A DNA stretch of 39,268 nt, from the IMG/VR virus record IMGVR_UViG_3300045988_110019, positions 1-39,268 of that record. One strand, 5' to 3'. Origin of the DNA: a virus. Below, piece by piece: positions 18,840 through 27,094 of this stretch. The first letter of the stretch is position 1. Each line of letters begins with the position of its first letter. The notes under the pieces were generated by a model. That model saw only the letters and a program-made list of their open reading frames with translations, had not been told where the DNA came from and did no database searches. Both the position numbers and the translations under genes were made by a program.

Positions 18840-20948
18840 ATGGCAAAAATGCATAAACTGACGAAGGGCGGACAAACCATTTACCCGGCTACCATCTATA
18901 ATGCGGTGGTTAACCCCCAAACGCGTAAGAGCCTGGCTACAGAAATATCCGAATTGGAAAGTTCTTTAAATGGTGGTGATACCGGATATATCAATCTTAA
19001 TATCCAATCGTGGGTAACAGGCCAGTGGACGGGAGAAGGATCATCATTGACTCATAATGATAACTCTTCTTATAAACGTAATACTGAGGTGAGTACTCTT
19101 ATTAAAAGTGGCGCTGTTTTAACAATGTATGAAGCCTCCGGAAAACAAGTGAAAATGAATGGTTATGGTATTACATTCAAGTTCAGAGGTTCCGCAAAAA
19201 ACAAGGTAGAATGGAGCTGGTATGAATCCGGTAGTGGTATCCAGATTGGGAATACTGATGCTGTTGAGATTTATATGACTGTTGCATCATCCGGTATAGA
19301 GTCTTTGAACGGGTTTGTAATTAAGGGAGCTTATGTGAAAGGAGCCGGGGATAAAATCAGTGAATTGACGGAAAATGTGGAATCTTTGGAACGATCTACG
19401 GCCGACAATATAGAACATATATCCAATCTTGACGAATCGGTTAATGGTGGCAATGTTGGACGCATATATATTAATGAGGATGATCTGGTTATCGGACGCT
19501 GGACAGGTGAGGGAAAGAATCTGAAAGCAGATTCAATGGAGGGATATTTGCGAACGAAAGAAATATATGACATAAACTTGAAAGCCGGTGACTTGGTTTC
19601 TGTATATGACAAGACTGGAAAACAAGTGAAAGCCAACAGTCTCGGACTGAATATGAAGTTCAAAAACTCGACTAATACATCATCCATCATCTCCTATCAG
19701 GACAACGGTACTTATTACAAACTCAATGAGGATGCGACGCAGATGGCATTTTTTGGAACTTCGTCGGCCGTTGAAAAGATTACCGGTTACTATTTCAAAG
19801 GATTTCGGGTTAAAGGCTTTGACGAAAAAATCAGCGATGTAGATGAGTCTATTCACAAACATATTAATGATGTAAAAATCACTGATTTTTATCATTCTCT
19901 TAAAATACTTTTCATCGGTTCTTCCTTTGGAGTTGACACGATTAATTACGTTGGAGATATAGCGCACAGTTATAATTTTAAGATTGTTATCGGCAACCTT
20001 TATGTTGGCGCTTCTGGTATTAAGGATTATATAACATTTTACGAATCAGACCGCAAAATATCCTACTATAAGTGGGGGGTGAATGCCATTGCCTGGGAGA
20101 ATGGCACCAGTACGGTAAAAGAGGCCTTGTCTGACGAAGCGTGGGATTTTGTGGTAATCCAGAACGGAGCATATCAATCCGCAGATGAGTCAACCTATTG
20201 GGATCAGGACGAGAAAGGGAATATTACCAATAACTATGTGAGTCTGTTTGCTGACATCATTGATAGATGTTGCCTGTTCTCGCATCCTGTAATCTGTTTT
20301 AACATGACATGGGCGTACAGCGTATATCATACGCTCTCATCATCGCAAGGATCGAAAGACAAGTGGCTGAGTTTCGGCATTAATCAAAAGCAGAGGCAGC
20401 TGGGTATGTATACGGAATTGTGCCGCTTGGCTCAAAAGGTATTGCAACATTGCCCGAAAGTAAAATTCGTCATCCCTTCCGGAACAGCCGTACAAAATGC
20501 CAGAGGCACGTCTTTAAGGGCCGATACGACCATACAGGGAGTTGTGTCTCAATCCAATCCGGAAACGGGCACTCCTGTTACAACCGTGGTCCCAACCATA
20601 GAAGAAGCTGAATCAATGACTGACTTGAATCAGGCTGCGGTAGATTATCCATTCATGGCCGGTAAGGATAATAACTTCATGAACTGGCATTATGGTACAG
20701 ATTTGAGCAGGGACTGTCTGCACATGACAGAAGGGATCGGAAGATATCTTGTAGGAGGAGCCTTATGGCAGATGATTGGTTATAAACTTAGTCACTTAAA
20801 CTTCTTAGGAAATACATACCGGACGACTAAGGAAGACAAAACGAATTACAGAATCATAGCGGTTACTGACAGAAGAGCTAATATCGCTCAAAAGTGTGTG
20901 ATTGCCGCATTGGATAACCCGTATGGGGTTTCAGACATTACGGAATAA
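18840..20948 (+). CDS. Tail fibre/spike with duplicated N-terminal modules and a C-terminal SGNH (DUF4886-like) esterase domain
   Basis: Two ~150-aa repeats sharing the motifs G.WTGEG, GKQVK.N and KIS. C-terminal part has ILFIGSSFGVDT, FVVIQNGAYQS and DCLHMTEGIGRYLVGGALW, matching SGNH blocks I, III and V (D-x-x-H). Confidence 0.75.
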   Translation: MAKMHKLTKGGQTIYPATIYNAVVNPQTRKSLATEISELESSLNGGDTGYINLNIQSWVTGQWTGEGSSLTHNDNSSYKRNTEVSTLIKSGAVLTMYEASGKQVKMNGYGITFKFRGSAKNKVEWSWYESGSGIQIGNTDAVEIYMTVASSGIESLNGFVIKGAYVKGAGDKISELTENVESLERSTADNIEHISNLDESVNGGNVGRIYINEDDLVIGRWTGEGKNLKADSMEGYLRTKEIYDINLKAGDLVSVYDKTGKQVKANSLGLNMKFKNSTNTSSIISYQDNGTYYKLNEDATQMAFFGTSSAVEKITGYYFKGFRVKGFDEKISDVDESIHKHINDVKITDFYHSLKILFIGSSFGVDTINYVGDIAHSYNFKIVIGNLYVGASGIKDYITFYESDRKISYYKWGVNAIAWENGTSTVKEALSDEAWDFVVIQNGAYQSADESTYWDQDEKGNITNNYVSLFADIIDRCCLFSHPVICFNMTWAYSVYHTLSSSQGSKDKWLSFGINQKQRQLGMYTELCRLAQKVLQHCPKVKFVIPSGTAVQNARGTSLRADTTIQGVVSQSNPETGTPVTTVVPTIEEAESMTDLNQAAVDYPFMAGKDNNFMNWHYGTDLSRDCLHMTEGIGRYLVGGALWQMIGYKLSHLNFLGNTYRTTKEDKTNYRIIAVTDRRANIAQKCVIAALDNPYGVSDITE

Positions 20949-21035
20949 AACATATACTTATGATACGAGAACTAATCATCAGATTAATAAACCGTCTGTC
21001 CGTAGAAGTACACCCGGATGCGGAATGGTTTTAAG

Positions 21036-21071
21036 CATAAGGGCTGACCTACACCAAGATCAGCCCTTATG
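21036..21071 (+). terminator. Hairpin terminator at the end of the structural operon
   Basis: 12-bp perfect stem cataagggctga / tcagcccttatg. Confidence 0.6.
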
Positions 21072-21124
21072 TATTATCGTTAGCGTTATTGTCGGCTGTC
21101 TTTTTGTGTTTAAATGTTAAATAT

Positions 21125-21200
21125 TACACAATCCAAGAAAATATATTGTGATTTGTTTTGCCATTATATCACAATGTTGTATATTTGCATTGTGATAATA
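21125..21200 (+). promoter_or_regulatory. Bacteroides-type promoter (-33 TTTG, -7 TATATTTG) interleaved with ATTGTGAT/ATCACAAT operator-like repeats
   Basis: TTTG at 21157-21160, then a 19-nt spacer, then TAtaTTTG at 21180-21187. ATTGTGAT at 21145-52 and 21189-96, ATCACAAT at 21168-75, and the variant TACACAAT at 21125-32. Confidence 0.6.
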
Positions 21201-21234
21201 AAACAACAAGTAATAACAAACAAAACATACAATT

Positions 21235-21510
21235 ATGAAAAGTTACACATATCAAGAAATAGTAGAGAGATTTGGTGAAGAAATAGCTGATAAAGCTATA
21301 TCTACTGGCGCAGAACCTACAAGCAGATATATTTATCCGGCGTTTGAACCACAACATGTAGGTCTAAAAGAGTGGGCTGAATCCCCTATTGAGATTGATG
21401 GCTATATAATCCGCGCATATTACTACTTGACGGAAGAGGATGAACAGAATTTAGACTTTTTTGATTGGGAAGAGAAGGCAGAATTTGAGGTTGAAGAAAT
21501 TTTTTTATGA
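21235..21510 (+). CDS. Small acidic hypothetical protein (91 aa)
   Basis: First ORF downstream of the promoter/operator cluster. Glu/Asp-rich. Confidence 0.6.
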   Translation: MKSYTYQEIVERFGEEIADKAISTGAEPTSRYIYPAFEPQHVGLKEWAESPIEIDGYIIRAYYYLTEEDEQNLDFFDWEEKAEFEVEEIFL

Positions 21511-21554
21511 TAAATATAAAGCTGGTGACAACAGATTAATTCAGTATCAAAATT

Positions 21555-21830
21555 ATGAAAACTTTAGAATTGTACAACAAGATCAAAGAATTAGGCATTA
21601 ATGCGGAAATGATATCTATGTTTTCTTATAGAATTAATAAGGATAAGAGATTTAACACGATAGAAGTATTCGAAGCTCCATCTATTGAATTAATTAGATT
21701 ATGTGATTCTTATAACTGCCAGTTAATAGCAAACATTTTGAATAAAAAAAATGAATATGGGGAATTTGATCAGGTGGTAGTCTATGAAGTTTATCCGATT
21801 AATTTGAACGATATAGAGTTTGTAGAATGA
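21555..21830 (+). CDS. Small hypothetical protein (91 aa)
   Basis: Second ORF of the same short operon. Confidence 0.6.
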   Translation: MKTLELYNKIKELGINAEMISMFSYRINKDKRFNTIEVFEAPSIELIRLCDSYNCQLIANILNKKNEYGEFDQVVVYEVYPINLNDIEFVE

Positions 21831-21845
21831 AAATTTTTTTCAATT

Positions 21846-22334
21846 ATGATACAGAAAAATATAGATAACGAATTAGGATGGTGGGGTGACTCAATTAGAG
21901 AGACCCCCAATAGATATGCGTATGTTAGGCAACATTGTTCTAATGATGTTTGCGATTTAAAGCCAATCGCATACAATGTTATATGGTCGTTACTATTACA
22001 TTCTGAGATAGAGGATCTTAATTACTATAATGAGAACCACGCGATAGATGAAACGTGTGTTTTTTATGAATTTTACTATGATCTTGGTTTTGAACTTCCA
22101 GAGGATAGAGGTTTTGATATGAATTATTATCCACATATTTGTATTGAACTGAATGACGAGAATGGATATGAAGGTGATATTGATATCTTCATGCTGGAAG
22201 AATGGCCCGTTTCCGAAGATATGACGGATGAAGATAGAGAGCGTTTTGATACGATACGAAAAAAATCTCCTATCACATTAGGGGATTTTGATACGAATGA
22301 CCTACATACATTTTTTTGCAAAATAAAAGAATAA
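21846..22334 (+). CDS. Strongly acidic hypothetical protein (162 aa)
   Basis: Roughly a quarter of residues are D or E and few are basic. Last ORF before the terminator. Confidence 0.6.
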   Translation: MIQKNIDNELGWWGDSIRETPNRYAYVRQHCSNDVCDLKPIAYNVIWSLLLHSEIEDLNYYNENHAIDETCVFYEFYYDLGFELPEDRGFDMNYYPHICIELNDENGYEGDIDIFMLEEWPVSEDMTDEDRERFDTIRKKSPITLGDFDTNDLHTFFCKIKE

Positions 22335-22339
22335 AAAAC

Positions 22340-22361
22340 AGAGGCGGATTTCTCCGCCTCT
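22340..22361 (+). terminator. Hairpin terminator after the acidic-protein operon
   Basis: Perfect 9-bp stem agaggcgga / tccgcctct with loop tttc, flanked by an A-run upstream. Confidence 0.6.
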
Positions 22362-22536
22362 TCACTATACAGTGGCTGTATAGAAATACTAATTTGTGAG
22401 CAAATCACAATGACATTTCTAATGTCGTTTCAATCCACGCACCGAAGTGCGACTAACATCGTTGATGTCCGATGCAAAGGTGCAACTTTTTGAATTAACG
22501 AGCAACAAATTATAAATGTTATAAAACATATTAATT

Positions 22537-22824
22537 ATGGCAAGAAGACGATCTATTACCCTAGATCAAGAGTCTAGGGTGTTGTCCCTATATAAGGACG
22601 GGATGGCTATCAAGGAGATAATGAAGGAAACAGATATAAAGTCTGAGCAAACGATATACAGGATATTGGACAGCAATGGTGTGCCAAGACGTCCCAAGGT
22701 TAGAGGTGTAAGAAAAATATTTGTCACGATAGAGGAGGATGTAGCTGCTATCTTGGATAAGGAGCAATCAGTATCATTATATGTCAATGAGGCTATAAGA
22801 TTCTATCACGGTAACCGACATTAA
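22537..22824 (+). CDS. Small helix-turn-helix DNA-binding protein (resolvase-HTH/HTH_23-like)
   Basis: SLYKDGMAIKEIMKETDIKSEQTIYRIL is a typical HTH. Upstream palindrome TTGTGA-N5-TCACAA at 22394-22410. Confidence 0.65.
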   Translation: MARRRSITLDQESRVLSLYKDGMAIKEIMKETDIKSEQTIYRILDSNGVPRRPKVRGVRKIFVTIEEDVAAILDKEQSVSLYVNEAIRFYHGNRH

Positions 22825-22986
22825 TTGCCGGTTATCTATCTCTTAAAATCAAGAGACTGTTGCGGATTAGTTTCCGTGGCAGGCTCTTTTTTTTGTCATA
22901 CAAAATAAAGGTTAGTTTGATAATCGGGTAATCCAAAACGTGTAATTAAAGGATTAAAAAAGGATTGAACTTAAATTGTTTGTATA

Positions 22987-23232
22987 ATGAGAAAGGAGAC
23001 AAAAGAAAACATTCAGTATTCAACTGCCGTGGGGATGCTTGTACTGGGAGCGTCCTTGGCTGTGGCTGGCTTTGTGTGCTCTGAACCTATGGGTCAGATA
23101 CACGACAGTGTATTGTGGTTGTTTGCTCAATGTCTGTTGTATGCCGGTAGTGTTTTTGGCATCAGCATTTATATTAACAGCCGGTTTAATAATTTAATAG
23201 AGCAATTAAAAGAAAAGGAGGGAAAGAAATGA
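22987..23232 (+). CDS. Holin-like protein (two transmembrane segments, charged C-terminus)
   Basis: 81 aa with two hydrophobic helices and the tail KEKEGKK. ATGA overlap with the next gene. Confidence 0.55.
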   Translation: MRKETKENIQYSTAVGMLVLGASLAVAGFVCSEPMGQIHDSVLWLFAQCLLYAGSVFGISIYINSRFNNLIEQLKEKEGKK

Positions 23233-23633
23233 AGAGTTTACCAAGAGGTTTGAGAAACAACAATCCGGGTAATATCCGAATAACAAAGGATAAATGGCAG
23301 GGATTGAGAGAGAAACAGACAGACAAGGAGTTTTTTCAGTTTGTAGAAATGAAATGGGGTTATCGTGCTTTAATCCGTACATTGCAGAATTACAGAAGGA
23401 GACACAACTGTGTTTGTATTGCAGACTTTATTACAAGATGGGCCCCACAGACAGAGAACAATACAGGGGATTACATCAGACGGGTATGTCAGGATATGCA
23501 GGTACCTTCAGTATATGTTCCGGACATTGAGGATAAAGATACGATGTGTTCTTTGGCTGCCGCTATATCTTATGTTGAAAATGGTGTTCCTGCCGTAATG
23601 GAGGATATCTATAAGGGATGGGACCTGCTATGA
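23229..23633 (+). CDS. Putative endolysin / cell-wall hydrolase (LRNNNPGNIR-motif family)
   Basis: Sits between the holin-like and spanin-like genes. I associate the N-terminal RGLRNNNPGNIR motif with phage wall-acting or virion proteins. Family identity not verified. Confidence 0.4.
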   Translation: MKSLPRGLRNNNPGNIRITKDKWQGLREKQTDKEFFQFVEMKWGYRALIRTLQNYRRRHNCVCIADFITRWAPQTENNTGDYIRRVCQDMQVPSVYVPDIEDKDTMCSLAAAISYVENGVPAVMEDIYKGWDLL

Positions 23634-24037
23634 AACTAAGGATCTATATATGGATTGCAGTAGGGATAGCATTGCTATTGCTGTTTGGATCATGCCGGAG
23701 TATAAGGTATGTTCCGATAGAAACAATAAGGACTGACAGTCTTTATCTTACCGTACATGAACGTGACTCCATCCACATTCAGGATTCTGTCTATATAAGA
23801 GAGAAAGGCGATTCTGTAATTGTCGACAAATGGCATATAGTCTACCGTGACAGGACAATTCGCGATACAGCCTATATAGAGAAGGAGAAAGAGGTAGGGG
23901 TTCCCTATCCTGTGGAGAAGGAATTAACATGGTGGCAGAAGACGAAATTAGAACTAGGAGAGTTATCTATAGGTATTATATTAGTATTACTAATCGTAGT
24001 CATTTGGTTGATAAAGAAGAAGGGAGGTGCAAGATGA
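23630..24037 (+). CDS. Unimolecular spanin-like protein (N-terminal lipoprotein signal plus C-terminal transmembrane anchor)
   Basis: MKLRIYIWIAVGIALLLLFGSC lipobox-like signal. C-terminal LSIGIILVLLIVVIWLIKKK. The ATG at 23630 overlaps the lysin stop (the ORF track starts at 23618). Confidence 0.55.
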   Translation: MKLRIYIWIAVGIALLLLFGSCRSIRYVPIETIRTDSLYLTVHERDSIHIQDSVYIREKGDSVIVDKWHIVYRDRTIRDTAYIEKEKEVGVPYPVEKELTWWQKTKLELGELSIGIILVLLIVVIWLIKKKGGAR

Positions 24038-24255
24038 GATAGCAACATCAAGTATTATCCGCCACAGGTAGAAGTGTGGCATATAATAGAAACTCATATA
24101 ATAAAAGTGATTCTTTTGCGGCTTAGAAAAAAAAGAAAGCCGCCTCCTGAAAGGATTGACAGTCGGATAAGGAGATAAACACCCGTGGTGTTGTTGCGGC
24201 CTTCATTGGCAATAACAAACACTTCGGGTGTTTTGTTTTCAAAAACCGAATAAAA

Positions 24256-24552
24256 ATGAAATTAGAGGAACTGTATAAGGATATAATAGGTGTTGTGTGT
24301 GATGTTACCGGTCTTGTTGAGGCTGACATATTAGCCAGCAATCGCGAGGAATGCGCCGATGCAAGGTATCTACTGGTCATGGCGTTGTCCAAAATGCTGA
24401 CTGATCATGAAATTGGCAGATTTATCAACCGTACCCGACAAGGTGTATCGTTTATTCGCTCGAATCGGCAAAAATTAAGGAAATGGACAGTTGCAAGCAA
24501 TTGGAAAGTAATTAGCAAGTATATAGCAAGTAATTACTTTATCTGCAAGTGA
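24256..24552 (+). CDS. Small DnaA-C-terminal-like HTH protein
   Basis: EADILASNREECADARYLLVMALSKMLTDHEIGRFINRTRQGV resembles the DnaA domain IV pattern (S.R....ARq.amYL...T..s...IG..f.r.h.tV). Confidence 0.5.
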   Translation: MKLEELYKDIIGVVCDVTGLVEADILASNREECADARYLLVMALSKMLTDHEIGRFINRTRQGVSFIRSNRQKLRKWTVASNWKVISKYIASNYFICK

Positions 24553-24611
24553 CTTGTACGGACATTTGTGAGCGGTCAATATTGACCGTAATTCCAAAAA
24601 GTTATAAGTTT

Positions 24612-25376
24612 ATGGAAGCAGAAGTAAAGCAAGTGATTAAAGAAAAGGAGTATGTCCATGACAACGACAGGAAGGAATATGCTTCAAAAGGTCTAGCCGG
24701 AACCGCTCTCGGTATCGCTATCGGTGCGGGAGTATTATCATTGTGGGGGCGTGGTCGTGGTGTAGGTATCGGCGGTGGTATGCCTGAAAACGTGAATATC
24801 AACACAGTCAGTGATGCTATTTCCGGTCGTACCGGTGTTGCTCCTACCGCTTTCCAGGCATGGGAGAAAGGTTGTGATGAGGCTTTGGCGTTAACAAACA
24901 CCATTTGGGGGATTAAAGTCAACACTCAGGAGCAGATGTATAATCATCGTGAGATTGATATCAACGAGAAATGGCAGCTTTACAAGTCACAGGTAGAGGG
25001 TGATTTCGGTAACTATAAGGTTTCCCGTGATCTCTACGACAACATGAACGACAAGCTGAATACAGCCGCATTCGGCTTGTACAAAGGACAGCGTGACCTG
25101 TACGACACACTGAACGAACGTTACTCCGCCAAGTTCTGTGAGCTTGACAAGAAAGTCTACGGAATGGAAGTGGCTAACCTGTATCAGAACAAGATCATAC
25201 AGATGGGTATGGAAAGTGTCCTGAAGGATAGTATGTGCTATACGGACCGCAAGACCTGTCGTGCAATCTATGGTGTAGTGGGTTTACCGTCAACCCCGAC
25301 AGTGAACGTGCTGGAGGGGGCGAACCCTTACGGATGCAACTGCCGTCCACAGGCAGGAACAGCTCCAAGCGCATAA
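24612..25376 (+). CDS. Hypothetical membrane protein with a Gly-rich segment
   Basis: ATG start within the 24549 ORF. LAGTALGIAIGAGVLSLWGRGRGVGIGGG hydrophobic/Gly-rich region. Internal repeat SRDLYDNMNDKLN / QRDLYDTLNERYS. Confidence 0.55.
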   Translation: MEAEVKQVIKEKEYVHDNDRKEYASKGLAGTALGIAIGAGVLSLWGRGRGVGIGGGMPENVNINTVSDAISGRTGVAPTAFQAWEKGCDEALALTNTIWGIKVNTQEQMYNHREIDINEKWQLYKSQVEGDFGNYKVSRDLYDNMNDKLNTAAFGLYKGQRDLYDTLNERYSAKFCELDKKVYGMEVANLYQNKIIQMGMESVLKDSMCYTDRKTCRAIYGVVGLPSTPTVNVLEGANPYGCNCRPQAGTAPSA

Positions 25377-25393
25377 GGAAGCGTAAGAACGTT

Positions 25394-25430
25394 AGTGGTA
25401 AGCCCCTTCGGGGGCGATGCCACTTTCTTT
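25394..25430 (+). terminator. Rho-independent terminator
   Basis: Composite hairpin agtgg..gcccc-ttcg-ggggc..ccact followed by a T-rich tract. Confidence 0.6.
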
Positions 25431-25453
25431 ATTAACCACTAACAAGTATTATT

Positions 25454-25945
25454 ATGGGAATGTTTGAAAGCGATCCATTGTTATCGACAGGAAGAAGTCT
25501 GGAAAGTCTGGCACAGGAGAATGAGGCTTATACACAGAAGCTACAGGCGTTGAAACAGATTCCGGGCATCACTCAGCAACAGAGAGTATCTACACCTACC
25601 CCGATATGGGATGAGATAGACCGTATTGTTTCATCGCTTAATGATCAGGAGAGAGCTGTTCTTAATAACAACAAAGAATATTATGATAACAGCATGGCCA
25701 TTCAGGAGATGGTTAATTCAGAGGTCCTTCTTCTTGTCAAGGGCAGAATAGAGGGCTCTGCGGAAGGAAAGGCCGTATTGGAGCAGCAGCTGTCATTTGT
25801 CAGGAGGACATCTAAGATAGCCAAGGAAGAAACAGCGAGAAGAGATGCTTTATTCCGCGAATACGTAACGGAGCATAGCGATATGACATGGCAGGAGTTT
25901 ATTGATTGGAAAAACGGGAAACCGCAACAAAAATCTAAGAAGTAA
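25454..25945 (+). CDS. Hypothetical protein (163 aa)
   Basis: ORF with natural composition. Stop overlaps the next start (TAATG). Confidence 0.55.
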   Translation: MGMFESDPLLSTGRSLESLAQENEAYTQKLQALKQIPGITQQQRVSTPTPIWDEIDRIVSSLNDQERAVLNNNKEYYDNSMAIQEMVNSEVLLLVKGRIEGSAEGKAVLEQQLSFVRRTSKIAKEETARRDALFREYVTEHSDMTWQEFIDWKNGKPQQKSKK

Positions 25946-26388
25946 TGGAGGTTAAGAAGAATATAACAGAACTGAAGGACAAGCTAGCTGACTCATTGCA
26001 GCTATGGATTGACGAGAGGATAGACGGGCTTGTATTGAATAATCCTCAATTAAAGGTAGCGTCTGTGTATCTCAAGAGAGGGGCGAAGAATTTTCTAGCA
26101 AAGCAAAAGGACGGGATAGGTGACATGATAGATAATGCCGCTTTGTTTTTGTGTGATGAGAATGGCAATGTGGATGCGGATTTACTTTTTAACGATATGC
26201 TTTCCATGCTTCGGGAAATGGAAGAAATGCCATTTGGTAAGGGCTTTATCCGTGGGACCATAGGAAAGGGTAGTATCCGTTTTGCGCTTCCGGACAATCC
26301 GATAACAAGCATTTTATTTGGCAAGACGGGTGCGATTAAGATAACTGATGCGGATTTGATGGAATTAAAGAAGTTACTAATAGAATAG
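25945..26388 (+). CDS. Hypothetical protein (147 aa)
   Basis: Translationally coupled to the upstream ORF. Confidence 0.55.
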   Translation: MEVKKNITELKDKLADSLQLWIDERIDGLVLNNPQLKVASVYLKRGAKNFLAKQKDGIGDMIDNAALFLCDENGNVDADLLFNDMLSMLREMEEMPFGKGFIRGTIGKGSIRFALPDNPITSILFGKTGAIKITDADLMELKKLLIE

Positions 26389-26515
26389 ATTAATCAAAAT
26401 GATAGCGTAAACTGGACTTTGCTGTTACAAATAGACAGGAAAAAATACTTAAAAATTCCACTCAAAGTGTCAGCACCCATCAGACGAAACAAAACAAAAT
26501 GTAACTTTAATATAT

Positions 26516-27001
26516 TTGAATATGGAATACAAGGATTTAATTAAAAATGCAAAGGCTAACGGTGTTGCCTCTGACAAGGCAATGTGGCAGAGCGTGGACG
26601 GTCTTAGTGATATGCTGTGTGTGCTGAAAGAGGAACACCCAGCAATGTATTGGGAGTTTATGCGCAAGCAACACTCCATCTTGTACGGTCCGCACTACGA
26701 TAAAAATTTTGCGGAAATGGATATTGAGAAAATCCGCTATACAGGTCCGGGCGGTGAGAAGAAGAACGGTGCCCATTGGAGTGCTGACCAAGTGGAGGAC
26801 GCGACCAAGAACCTGTCTTTCCCTTCTGGAACGACAAAGTGGGATAAGTACGTAGCTTTTAATAGCTTTTATTCCGATATGTGCTCTATCTATGATGAAT
26901 CGCAGATCATCAAGGGTGCTCATAAGTTCTACTTTGCCGACGAGGATGGACCACAAGGTAAGATATGGGAGTATATGACCGCAATGCAATATGGATCGTA
27001 G
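26516..27001 (+). CDS. Hypothetical protein (about 159 aa; likely ATG start at 26522)
   Basis: Plus-strand ORF co-directional with its neighbours. A mirror ORF on the minus strand has less protein-like composition. Confidence 0.5.
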   Translation: MNMEYKDLIKNAKANGVASDKAMWQSVDGLSDMLCVLKEEHPAMYWEFMRKQHSILYGPHYDKNFAEMDIEKIRYTGPGGEKKNGAHWSADQVEDATKNLSFPSGTTKWDKYVAFNSFYSDMCSIYDESQIIKGAHKFYFADEDGPQGKIWEYMTAMQYGS

Positions 27002-27094
27002 TATAGACATATTGCTGGATCAGTTGGACGATAGGAGCCATTTTGATTTCTGTCGCTTGCTGGCTGTTGTATGGTGGAATATGTGCTAAAATGA

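Noticed and set aside
20902-21120. 72-aa plus-strand ORF overlapping the tail-fibre 3' end and the terminator hairpin
   Set aside because: It runs through the 12-bp terminator stem and has no independent start context. Likely spurious.
24123-24392. 89-aa minus-strand ORF
   Set aside because: It spans the hairpin-rich non-coding region and the start of the DnaA-C-like gene. No supporting signals.
26537-27010. 157-aa minus-strand mirror ORF of 26516..27001
   Set aside because: The plus-strand product has more protein-like composition and fits the co-directional operon. Residual uncertainty remains.
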